From contig NZ_JANOAL010000098.1 in the NCBI RefSeq assembly GCF_031411155.1, forward strand, positions 407-64,406: a stretch of 64,000 bases of DNA, written 5' to 3'. This DNA is from Polaromonas sp. GTDB lineage: Bacteria > Pseudomonadota > Gammaproteobacteria > Burkholderiales > Burkholderiaceae_C. The translations under genes were made by a program, and so were the position numbers. The notes under the pieces were generated by a model. The model saw only the letters and a list, made by a program, of their open reading frames with translations. It was not told the DNA's origin and ran no database searches. Below, piece by piece: positions 55,811-64,000 of this stretch (positions within the stretch are counted from its first letter, which is position 1; every line of letters begins with the position of its first letter).

Positions 55811-57028
55811 ATGCTGAACCTGAACTTTCACCCCGCCGGTCGCCACTTGCTGAGCATTCCCGGCCCCAGTCCGGTACCGGACCGGCTGCTGCGCGCCATG
55901 AGCTATCCCACCATCGACCACCGTGGACCAGAATTCGGCGCGCTGGGACGCAAGGTGCTTTCGGGCATCAAGGACATTTTCAAGACGCAGCACCCGGTGG
56001 TCATCTACCCCGCTTCGGGTACCGGCGCGTGGGAAGCCGCCCTGGTGAACACGCTCAGCGCCGGCGACGCGGTTCTGATGTTCGAGACCGGCCACTTCGC
56101 CAGCCTGTGGAACAAGATGGCGCTGCGGCTGGGCCTCAAGCCCGAATTTCTGGGTCTGCCTGGCACCGAGGGCTGGCGCCATGGCGTGCAGGCCGGCATG
56201 ATCGAGCAACGGCTGCGCGACGACGCGCAGCATCAGATCAAGGCCGTTTGCGTGGTGCACAACGAGACCTCGACCGGCGTCACCTCCGATATCGCCGCCG
56301 TGCGCCGCGCCATCGATGCGGCCAGGCATCCGGCGCTGCTGCTGGTCGACACCATCTCGGGACTGGCCTCGGCCGACTATCGCCACGATGAATGGGGTGT
56401 CGACGTCACCGTCAGCGGCTCGCAAAAGGGCCTGATGCTGCCGCCCGGTATCAGCTTTAACGCCCTGTCACCCAAAGCCCTCGCCGCCAGCCGCCAGGCC
56501 ACGCTGCCCAGGGCCTTCTGGGCCTGGGACGAGATCGTCGAAATGAACCAGACCGGCTACTGGCCGTACACGCCCAATACCAACCTGCTCTATGCCCTGA
56601 GCGAGTCGCTGGACATGCTCATGGCCGAGGGCTTGCCCCAGGTTTTCGCGCGCCACGAGCGCCTGGGCGCGGCCTGCCGGCTGGCGGTACAGGCCTGGGG
56701 GCTGCCCATCCAGTGCGCCGACCCGGCGCTATATTCTCCGGTGCTGACCGGCGTGATGATGCCCGAGGGCGTGGACGCCGACCGGGTGCGACAGATGGTT
56801 TACCAGCACTTCAACATGTCGCTGGGCGCCGGCCTGGGCAAGGTCAAGGGAAAGATGTTCCGCATCGGCCATCTGGGCGACTGCAACGACCTGACCCTGA
56901 TGGCGGCCCTCTCGGGCTGCGAGATGGGTCTGAAGCTGGCCGGCGTGCGCCTGCGCGACAGCGGCACGTCTGCCGCCATGGAGTACCTGGCCGCCACAGC
57001 GCAGGCGGCGGCCAGACAGGACGGCTAG
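55811..57028 (+). CDS. Class V aminotransferase (serine-glyoxylate / alanine-glyoxylate type)
   Basis: 405 aa. LLSIPGPSPVPDRLLRAM N-terminus and SGSQKGL PLP-lysine motif. Confidence 0.8.
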   Translation: MLNLNFHPAGRHLLSIPGPSPVPDRLLRAMSYPTIDHRGPEFGALGRKVLSGIKDIFKTQHPVVIYPASGTGAWEAALVNTLSAGDAVLMFETGHFASLWNKMALRLGLKPEFLGLPGTEGWRHGVQAGMIEQRLRDDAQHQIKAVCVVHNETSTGVTSDIAAVRRAIDAARHPALLLVDTISGLASADYRHDEWGVDVTVSGSQKGLMLPPGISFNALSPKALAASRQATLPRAFWAWDEIVEMNQTGYWPYTPNTNLLYALSESLDMLMAEGLPQVFARHERLGAACRLAVQAWGLPIQCADPALYSPVLTGVMMPEGVDADRVRQMVYQHFNMSLGAGLGKVKGKMFRIGHLGDCNDLTLMAALSGCEMGLKLAGVRLRDSGTSAAMEYLAATAQAAARQDG

Positions 57029-57176
57029 AAGGTCGGGCCCGCCCCGTCTTTGGCGCACCCCCGGCTATAATGCGGGGCTGCCGGGCAAACGCCTTGAGCG
57101 GCGTGCTACACCCACCGGCAGCACCCACCCGCCATAGCCCCGGCATGGCCCCGATTTTTAGTTTTTTGAGGACGCC

Positions 57177-57731
57177 ATGAGCGCAAACGACCACACCACG
57201 GCCCACCAGGAAGTCCACTCTGGCCCGATCAAGACCCCCAAGCAGCTGCTGGCCGCGGTTTTCTTCTCTTTCGTCGTTCCCATTTTTGCCATCATCGGTC
57301 TGGTGTACTACGTGACCTCGGCCAATCAGCCGTCGGCCGGAGCCGTCGATGCCGAAAAAGCCGTGGCGCTACGCATCCAGAAAATTGGCATGGTTGAAAT
57401 CCGCGATGCCAACCGCCCCCTCAAAGCCGGCGAAGAGGTCTACAAGGCCCAATGCGCGGCCTGCCATGCCACGGGTGCGGCGGGTTCACCCAAATTCTCC
57501 GATGTGGCCGCCTGGGCGCCGCGTATCAAGACCGGCTTTGACGCGCTCTGGCAGTCAGCGCTCAAGGGCAAGGGCGCCATGGGCGCACAGGGCGGTGGTG
57601 ACTTTCAGGACGTCGAAATTGGCCGCGCCGTGGTCTACATGACCGCTGCCGCTGGCGGCAAATTTGCAGAGCCGGCAGCGCCCGCTGCCGCCGCCCCGGC
57701 CTCCGAAGCCACCGCGAGCACCGCCAAGTAA
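57177..57731 (+). CDS. Membrane-anchored cytochrome c5 family protein
   Basis: N-terminal TM helix, CAACH haem motif, Ala/Pro-rich tail. Confidence 0.8.
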   Translation: MSANDHTTAHQEVHSGPIKTPKQLLAAVFFSFVVPIFAIIGLVYYVTSANQPSAGAVDAEKAVALRIQKIGMVEIRDANRPLKAGEEVYKAQCAACHATGAAGSPKFSDVAAWAPRIKTGFDALWQSALKGKGAMGAQGGGDFQDVEIGRAVVYMTAAAGGKFAEPAAPAAAAPASEATASTAK

Positions 57732-57749
57732 GCCGCGCGGCGCCCCGTC

Positions 57750-57779
57750 AAAAAAACCGGTCCGAGACCGGTTTTTTTA
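57750..57779. terminator. Bidirectional rho-independent terminator
   Basis: AAAAAAACCGGTC-CGA-GACCGGTTTTTTT between convergent genes. Confidence 0.85.
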
Positions 57780-57831
57780 CGTCAACAGGGATAAAAAGTG
57801 GCCCTAGCCCATACAAAACGCCGGCTAGCAG

Positions 57832-58377
57832 CTATCTTTTTTGTAGCGCCTGCGGACTGCGCACATAGTGAAAGAGCGCCGGCAACTCCTGCGCTGGCAC
57901 ATCCTGCGGCACCCACAGACCCTGCTCGATCGCGTCGGCGGCATGCATCATGTCCAGGCTGTGCACCAGGCCAAAGCCCAGGTCGGTTTCGAGGTAGACC
58001 CGGCCCTGCTCGTCGCTCAGGCAGCGCTGCACGCGGGCCGGCCGGCCGGTGTGCGCGCTGACCGCAAAGCCGGGCGCCGCCTCAACCCGCCAGATCAGCG
58101 GCGTGGCTTGCAGCTCCACATACACCCGCTGCGGGCCGTTCTGAAAAAACCACTGGCCGCTGGCATCGCCTTCGTAGTTGCGCTGGATGAAGTCAATCAG
58201 CTTCTCATGGCTGAGCCGCGAGCCCTTGCTGGCCGCCGTGCCACCGGCAAACGGACCCGCCGCCTGCACCCGGTCGTCGCGCATATACCAGTTGCCACGC
58301 GCGTCCAGCCCGAGCCAGCCGTAGCAGTGGGGCACATTGGGCCATTTGGCGATGGCCTGCCTGACGATGTCATCCAT
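57832..58377 (-). CDS. Conserved hypothetical protein (181 aa)
   Basis: Clean coding-looking ORF (MDDIVRQAIAKWPNVPHCYGWLGLDARGNWYMRDD...). I cannot name the family. Confidence 0.55.
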   Translation of the reverse strand: MDDIVRQAIAKWPNVPHCYGWLGLDARGNWYMRDDRVQAAGPFAGGTAASKGSRLSHEKLIDFIQRNYEGDASGQWFFQNGPQRVYVELQATPLIWRVEAAPGFAVSAHTGRPARVQRCLSDEQGRVYLETDLGFGLVHSLDMMHAADAIEQGLWVPQDVPAQELPALFHYVRSPQALQKR

Positions 58378-58416
58378 GGGGCTATTTTGCGCCGATTGCC
58401 GGCGCGTTGCCCGGCC

Positions 58417-59550
58417 CTAGAGGTGGGCCGCCAGAAAAGCGGCGACGGCCTCGGGCATGGCGCGCACATGGCCGGGAAACGGTGGCGACGGAAAGCCCAC
58501 ATGGCCGCCCTGTGCCGGTTGCCAGAGCGTGACGTGGCGGCTGACATCGGCCCCCTGCGGCAGGCTGGCGGCCGGGATGAAGGGGTCGTTCAGCGCGTTC
58601 AGCGCCAGCGCCGGAATGCCAATCCGGTGCAAATGCGGCTTGGCCGAGGCGCGCGCCCAGTAGTCGTCGGCGTTTTTAAAACCGTGCACCGGGGCCGTGA
58701 ACACATTGTCAAACTCATACAGGTCGCGCGCGGCCAGCAGCCGGTCGCGGTCAAACAGGCCGGGGTGCTGGTCCAGTTTTTGCAGCGCCTTGGGCACCAT
58801 GGTTTTCAGAAACATGCGGGTGTACACCTGCCGGTTAAAGCCCCGGCCTATGGCCCAGCCGCTGGCCGCCAGATCGAGCGGCGAGCAGACCGAGGCCATA
58901 CCGGCCACCAGCTGCCCGGCTTCCGCGCCCAGTTCCGCGCCCCAGCGCATCAGGGCATTGCCGCCCAGTGAAATGCCCACCGCCAGTACCGGCCCGCCGT
59001 GCTGGCGGGCAAAGCGCCGCAGTATCCAGTCGATCTCGGTAAAGTCGCCCGAATGGTAGGCGCGTGGCGCCAGATTAAGCTCGCCCGAGCAGCCGCGAAA
59101 GTGCGGCACCGCGCAGGCCCAGCCGCGGCCACGCGCCACATCGGCAAAGGCCTCGGCGTAGTGGCTGGCCGAAGAACCCTCCAGTCCATGAAAAACAACC
59201 AGCAACGGCTGCTGATACGCCGCCGGCCGCGGCACCGGGCCGCTTAAAGCAATGCCAGCGTCCCGAAGGTGAAGCGCATCCCTGGCAGTGCCAAGCGTGA
59301 GGGCCGGGCGCAGCCCAGGGCCGCCCCAGGCAAGGCCAGCCCCCTCGGGGGGCAGCGCGTTACACGAAGTGGGGAGCGTGGGGGCTCCATCCTCCGCAAG
59401 CCAGTCCACATCGACAAAATCGCTGTCCGGCGCAATCCAGCGCTCGCGGCGAAACCGGGGCCTGGGGCCGAGGAAGCGCTCGGACCGCAGGGCGGCCCAG
59501 ATGGTCTGCAGATTGCCGCCCGGCAACCACCAGGGTGCTACGTAATTCAT
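58417..59550 (-). CDS. YheT-type alpha/beta hydrolase
   Basis: LQTIWAAL..., DFVDVDW, VVFHGLEGS, GISLGGN nucleophile elbow. Start at MNYVAPWW. Confidence 0.75.
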   Translation of the reverse strand: MNYVAPWWLPGGNLQTIWAALRSERFLGPRPRFRRERWIAPDSDFVDVDWLAEDGAPTLPTSCNALPPEGAGLAWGGPGLRPALTLGTARDALHLRDAGIALSGPVPRPAAYQQPLLVVFHGLEGSSASHYAEAFADVARGRGWACAVPHFRGCSGELNLAPRAYHSGDFTEIDWILRRFARQHGGPVLAVGISLGGNALMRWGAELGAEAGQLVAGMASVCSPLDLAASGWAIGRGFNRQVYTRMFLKTMVPKALQKLDQHPGLFDRDRLLAARDLYEFDNVFTAPVHGFKNADDYWARASAKPHLHRIGIPALALNALNDPFIPAASLPQGADVSRHVTLWQPAQGGHVGFPSPPFPGHVRAMPEAVAAFLAAHL

Positions 59551-59565
59551 AGCTAAATGCACCCG

Positions 59566-60012
59566 TCAATGAAGGACATGCGGCGTATCAGAGATTTCCT
59601 GCATCTCGCGCGGGGTGCCGGGGCTGGCATGGTGCGCGACCAGCCGCCAGCCCTGCGCGGTCTTGTGATAGACGTTGGTGGCGATCACGTAGGCGTGCTG
59701 CGGCCCCTGATCGGTCAGCACCTCGATGCGCTCCAGCACGCTGTGCACGCTGGCGCTCATGGCTTCGACCTTGCGCACCTTGTCGGCAAAGGCACGAATG
59801 CTGCCATTGGAGAACATGGCGTCAAAAGTGGCCCGGATCGGCCCGGCCCCGACCAGCCGCGCGCCGCCCGGGTGCACGCACACGATGTCGTCCTCGTCGG
59901 CCCAGCAGGCCATGAGTTTTTCGATGTCGCCGCTTTGCAGCGCGTCGTAAAAAGCCGCCTCGATGTCGTCGGCGTTGCCGATGCTGGCGGGCGAGACTTT
60001 GGGTTTTGGCAT
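59566..60012 (-). CDS. SnoaL/NTF2-like (DUF4440-type) protein
   Basis: IEAAFYDALQSGDIEKLMACWADEDDIVCVHPGG... is typical of the SnoaL-like fold. Confidence 0.65.
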   Translation of the reverse strand: MPKPKVSPASIGNADDIEAAFYDALQSGDIEKLMACWADEDDIVCVHPGGARLVGAGPIRATFDAMFSNGSIRAFADKVRKVEAMSASVHSVLERIEVLTDQGPQHAYVIATNVYHKTAQGWRLVAHHASPGTPREMQEISDTPHVLH

Positions 60013-60044
60013 GGTCGGTCGCAAGAGTCAGACAGGTTATGGGA

Positions 60045-60908
60045 TCAGTCCGGCGGGCTGTCAGGTGTTGAATTCTGTCTGGCATTGTGCCCTGCGGCAA
60101 GCCATGCCCGGACTATACGGCGCATGCCCGGGCCGGTCTGCGGGCCTTCGCCGCAGCCCGCGCTGGCGCTCTGGTTGGCCTGCCACAGCAGCTCTGGCGC
60201 GGCCACATGGGTGCCTGGCGGCAACAGCTGCAGGGCGGTGTCGACAAATTCGGCCAGTTTGGCGGGCCGAACCGGCTGCTCGCTCACGGGAATCATGTAC
60301 TTGAGGGTGGAAAGCATGCCGCGCGCGGTCCGCTCCAGAAAACTTTCCCCCTCGGGCGCTTCGGTTTTGCGGGCCGAGCGCACCAGCAGCAGGCGTTCAA
60401 AGCCGAGCGCGGCGACGGCCTGCTCGTCCAGGTTGGCCAGGCCGCGCTTGAGCGCCTCGGGCAGGCGCCCGGTTGCGTGCGGCACCAGCACCACCAGCGT
60501 GCGCACGCCGCAGCGCTTGAGCCAACCGGCCAGCGCCGGCAGCTGCGCCGGGGCCGGTGTCCAGAGCGTGCGCTCACGTCCGTAGTAAAGCCGGGGCGGT
60601 TCGAACATCACCAGGCCGATGTCGACAGGCTGCGGCCTCGGGGCCCACTGCTCGATCGAGGGTGAGGCGCCGGTCAGCGCAAACCCGACCCCGGCCAGGC
60701 CGGTGGTCATCGTTTCGGTGGCCAGCACCTCGGTATGGGCATAGCGGCCGCTGCCGACCAGGCGGCGCAGCACTTCATTGCCCAGCACGCCGGTGGCGCC
60801 GGCCACCAGCAGCCGAGGCTTGCCGGCCGCAGCGGCGACCGGGCGCAGGGCCCCCTGCAGGGCGTTCAGCGCAGCACCGGAAGCGGGGAAATCGGACCTT
60901 GATGACAT
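60045..60908 (-). CDS. NAD(P)-binding Rossmann-fold protein
   Basis: LLVAGATGVLGNEVLRRL glycine-rich motif. Start placed at MSSRSDF (60908) to avoid overlap with lemA. Confidence 0.55.
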   Translation of the reverse strand: MSSRSDFPASGAALNALQGALRPVAAAAGKPRLLVAGATGVLGNEVLRRLVGSGRYAHTEVLATETMTTGLAGVGFALTGASPSIEQWAPRPQPVDIGLVMFEPPRLYYGRERTLWTPAPAQLPALAGWLKRCGVRTLVVLVPHATGRLPEALKRGLANLDEQAVAALGFERLLLVRSARKTEAPEGESFLERTARGMLSTLKYMIPVSEQPVRPAKLAEFVDTALQLLPPGTHVAAPELLWQANQSASAGCGEGPQTGPGMRRIVRAWLAAGHNARQNSTPDSPPD

Positions 60909-60951
60909 TCGACTATGGTAGTGTTGCGGCTTGCATGTTGGAGGCATTGCC

Positions 60952-61560
60952 ATGAAATCACGTTTTTCCGGTCTATTCAGTTTAATGCTGGCGTCGCTGC
61001 TGGGCTTGCTGCTGACCGGCTGCGGCTACAACGACTTCCAGAGTCTGGACGAGCAGACCAAGTCGGCCTGGTCCGAGGTGTTGAACCAGTACCAGCGCCG
61101 CGCCGACCTGGTGCCCAATATTGTCGCCACGGTCAAGGGCGAAGCCGCTTTCGAGCAGGACACGCTGACCAAGGTGATCGAGGCGCGGGCCAAGGCGACC
61201 TCGATTCAGGTCACGCCCGAAACCCTGAACGACCCGGCTGCCTTCAGCAAATTCCAGGCGGCCCAGGGCGAGCTGGGCAGCGCGCTGAGCCGCCTCATGG
61301 TGGTCAGCGAGCGCTACCCCGACCTGAAAGCCAACCAGGGTTTTCGCGATTTGCGGGTGCAGCTTGAGGGCACCGAAAACCGCATCACCGTGGCGCGCAA
61401 CCGCTACATCCAGACGGTGCAGTCCTACAACGTGCTGACACGCAGCTTTCCGGACAACCTGACGGCCATGGTGTTCGGCTACAAGGTCAAGCCCAACTTC
61501 GCGGTGCAGAACGAGGCGCAGATCTCCGCACCGCCGGTGGTGGACTTCACCAAGAAGTGA
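60952..61560 (+). CDS. lemA: LemA family protein
   Basis: Lipoprotein-like leader LLLTGCGYNDF and LemA sequence (SAWSEVLNQYQRRADLVPNIV). Confidence 0.85.
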   Translation: MKSRFSGLFSLMLASLLGLLLTGCGYNDFQSLDEQTKSAWSEVLNQYQRRADLVPNIVATVKGEAAFEQDTLTKVIEARAKATSIQVTPETLNDPAAFSKFQAAQGELGSALSRLMVVSERYPDLKANQGFRDLRVQLEGTENRITVARNRYIQTVQSYNVLTRSFPDNLTAMVFGYKVKPNFAVQNEAQISAPPVVDFTKK

Positions 61561-61579
61561 GCGTTCGCCAAAGCTGTGC

Positions 61580-62518
61580 ATGCGACGCTTTCCAGACCTT
61601 CCGATTCCGCACTGGGCCAGCGCTTTTGTGCGGCTGATGCTGGGTTTGCTGCTGGCGGCGTGGCTGCCGTTGCAAGCCCGGGCGCAGGATGTGCTGCCGG
61701 TGCCGACGCTGAGCGCCCATGTCATGGACAGCACCGGCACGCTGGACGCGACGCAACGCGCGGCGCTCGAATCCAAGCTGATGGCGTTTGAGGAGGCGCG
61801 CGGCGCGCAGGTGGTGATGCTGCTGGTGCCCAGCACCCGGCCCGAAGACATTGCCGCCTATGCCCAGCGCGTCGGTGACACCTGGAAGATAGGGCGCAAG
61901 AACATTGGCGACGGCTTGCTGCTGGTGGTGGCCAAAAACGACCGCACGGTGCGCATTGAAACCACCAAGGCGCTGGAAGGCGCGATTCCCGACCTGGCCG
62001 CCAGCCAGATCATTGAAACGGCCATCACCCCGCGTTTCAGGCAGGGTGACTACGCGGGCGGACTCAATGCCGCGGCCGACCAGATCATCGCCCGCATCAA
62101 CGGGGAAAACCTGCCGGTACCGGAGCGCAGCGGCAGCGGCCGCAGCGCCGCCAGCGGCTTTGACTGGCAGGACCTGGCAATCTTTCTGTTTTTTGCGGTG
62201 CCGATTGGCGCGCGCGTGATATCTAGCGTGCTGGGGCGCAAGGCCGGCTCGGTGGCTACCGGTGGCGTGGTGGGCCTGCTGGCCTGGGTCTTCACCAGCA
62301 GCTTGGTGGTTGCCGGCCTGGCCACGCTGCTGGGCCTGCTGTTTGCGCTGTTCGCCAGCCTGGGCTCGCTGGGCCGAGGGATAGGCTCGGCCGGACGGGG
62401 TGGCGGCTTCGGTGGTGGTGGCCGGGGCGGCGGCGGTTTTGGGGGCGGCGGCGGTGGCGGTTTCAGCAGCGGCGGTGGCGGCAACTTCGGCGGCGGCGGC
62501 GCTTCGGGAGGCTGGTAA
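61580..62518 (+). CDS. TPM-domain protein (YgcG-like) with TM segments and Gly-rich tail
   Basis: Signal peptide, TPM domain (VMDSTGTLDATQRAALESKL...), C-terminal GGGFGGGG tail. Follows lemA. Confidence 0.8.
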   Translation: MRRFPDLPIPHWASAFVRLMLGLLLAAWLPLQARAQDVLPVPTLSAHVMDSTGTLDATQRAALESKLMAFEEARGAQVVMLLVPSTRPEDIAAYAQRVGDTWKIGRKNIGDGLLLVVAKNDRTVRIETTKALEGAIPDLAASQIIETAITPRFRQGDYAGGLNAAADQIIARINGENLPVPERSGSGRSAASGFDWQDLAIFLFFAVPIGARVISSVLGRKAGSVATGGVVGLLAWVFTSSLVVAGLATLLGLLFALFASLGSLGRGIGSAGRGGGFGGGGRGGGGFGGGGGGGFSSGGGGNFGGGGASGGW

Positions 62519-62522
62519 ACCC

Positions 62523-63065
62523 ATGCTGGACAAACTCAGGATTTTCATCCGGCACCTGTGGCTGGACGGCGACGACACGCGCAGCGCGATTGCACCCGAC
62601 ATGCAGCAGCGCCTGGCGCAGCGGGTGGCGGCCAGCGAGCGCCGCCACAGTGGCGAAATCCGCCTCTGCATCGAAGCCGCCCTGCCCTTCAGCTATTTGT
62701 GGCGCGTGGGCGCGTCGTCGCCGCTCAGCGCCATCATCCGGCAACGCGCCGTGACGCTGTTTGGCAAATTACGGGTATGGGACACCGAGCGCAACAATGG
62801 CGTGCTGATTTATGTGCTGCTGGCCGAGCATGCGATTGAAATCGTGGCCGACCGCGGCGTGGCGCGGCATGTCAGCCCGCCGCAGTGGCAGGCGATGGTG
62901 GCGCGCATGGCGCAGGCCTTTCGCGACCAGCGCTACGAAGACGGCCTGACGCAGGCGCTGGAAGAAACCTCGGCGTTGCTGATGGAGCACTTTTCGGTCG
63001 ACAGCGCAACGGGCGGCCAGCCCCCCAAGCGCAACGAGTTGCCCGACAATCCGCTCCTTATTTGA
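62523..63065 (+). CDS. TPM-domain protein (second member of the LemA-TPM-TPM triad)
   Basis: Start MLDKLRIFIRHLW. TPM-like core (SGEIRLCIEAALP..., NNGVLIYVLLAEHAIEIVADRG). Confidence 0.7.
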   Translation: MLDKLRIFIRHLWLDGDDTRSAIAPDMQQRLAQRVAASERRHSGEIRLCIEAALPFSYLWRVGASSPLSAIIRQRAVTLFGKLRVWDTERNNGVLIYVLLAEHAIEIVADRGVARHVSPPQWQAMVARMAQAFRDQRYEDGLTQALEETSALLMEHFSVDSATGGQPPKRNELPDNPLLI

Positions 63066-63112
63066 TAGCTGCCATCGCCGATAAAATAAGGGCTAGCGGT
63101 CATTTTTGACCG

Positions 63113-63144
63113 AAAAAAAGCCCCTGGCTTTCGGCAGGGGCTTT
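63113..63144 (-). terminator. Rho-independent terminator downstream of atpC
   Basis: GCCCCTGGC-TTTC-GGCAGGGGC hairpin. On the minus strand it is followed by a T7 run (A-run 63113-63119 on the plus strand). Confidence 0.75.
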
Positions 63145-63170
63145 GGCAAGGCCGGGGCTGAGCCCCCACC

Positions 63171-63596
63171 TTACTTTTTCTGGCGGTACTTGCGCAGGGC
63201 GGCAATCTGGGCCGCCATCACGGCCAGTTCGGACTGGGCCATGGCAATGTCGATGTCGGTTCGGGCATTTTTCAGCGCCTCTTCGGCGGCGGCCTTGGCA
63301 GCACTGGCCTTGGCTTCGTCCAGGTCCTTGCCGCGGATGGCGGTGTCGCTCAGCACCGTCACGCAGTTGGGCTGCACTTCGAGCAGGCCGCCGGCCACAA
63401 ACACAAACTCTTCCGTGCCGTCGGTTTTTTCAATGCGCACGGCCCCGGGCTTGATGCGGGTGATCAGCGGCGTGTGACGTGGGTAAATACCCAGTTCGCC
63501 GGCCTCGCCTGGCAACGCCACAAACCGGGCTTCGCCGGAGAAGATGGACTCTTCCGCGCTGACGACGTCGACATGGATGGTGTGTGAGGTGTCCAT
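63171..63596 (-). CDS. atpC: F0F1 ATP synthase epsilon subunit
   Basis: 141 aa. [40 protein letters not shown]. Confidence 0.9.
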   Translation of the reverse strand: MDTSHTIHVDVVSAEESIFSGEARFVALPGEAGELGIYPRHTPLITRIKPGAVRIEKTDGTEEFVFVAGGLLEVQPNCVTVLSDTAIRGKDLDEAKASAAKAAAEEALKNARTDIDIAMAQSELAVMAAQIAALRKYRQKK

Positions 63597-63599
63597 CGC

Positions 63600-64000
<401 letters not shown>

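Noticed and set aside
61547-62671. 374-aa ORF on the minus strand
   Set aside because: It is antisense to the two TPM-domain genes. Ala/Arg/Gly-rich shadow of a GC-rich, Gly-tail-encoding region.

Overview
High-GC (roughly 63-66% by eye) chromosomal segment that looks betaproteobacterial (Burkholderiales/Comamonadaceae-like: a Bug/TctC binding protein, TRAP transporters, a sorAB-xsc sulfonate module). All calls come from reading the translations and DNA by eye, with no database search. I saw no transposase, integrase, phage gene, CRISPR array or rRNA. Four blocks are present. (1) 0.3-19 kb: a complete taurine to sulfoacetaldehyde to acetyl-CoA plus sulfate pathway (sorAB, PSE-type exporter, pta, xsc, tauABC, MocR-type tauR, tauXY-like). 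It is interrupted by an IclR-cobS-cobT unit and ends in a decayed GMC oxidoreductase pseudogene next to tRNA-Arg(CCG). (2) 19.4-43.1 kb: a quinoprotein alcohol-oxidation island. It holds a NosR-like/ApbE pair, aldehyde dehydrogenase + DUF779, PedF-type cytochrome c550, an MxaJ-like binding protein, an AcoR-type sigma-54 activator, pqqABCDE (pqqA is absent from the ORF track), a PQQ alcohol dehydrogenase with the lanthanide-type D-Y-D signature, two uncharacterised periplasmic proteins and PedA1A2BC-like ABC components. Every transcription unit I checked in this block is preceded by a GG-N10-GC sigma-54 promoter. One pair of divergent promoters is built from a perfect 16-bp inverted repeat. This regulon architecture and the orphan NosR/ApbE module are the most interesting items. 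(3) 43.3-57 kb: a tightly packed 10-gene minus-strand operon (hydantoinase, hydantoin racemase, two TRAP systems, a CMP/dCMP-type deaminase, an amidase) with a divergent GntR regulator and a class-V aminotransferase. (4) 57-64 kb: housekeeping genes (cytochrome c5, YheT-type hydrolase, LemA-TPM-TPM triad, atpC, 3' end of atpD). Most remaining long ORFs in the track are antisense shadows of these genes.
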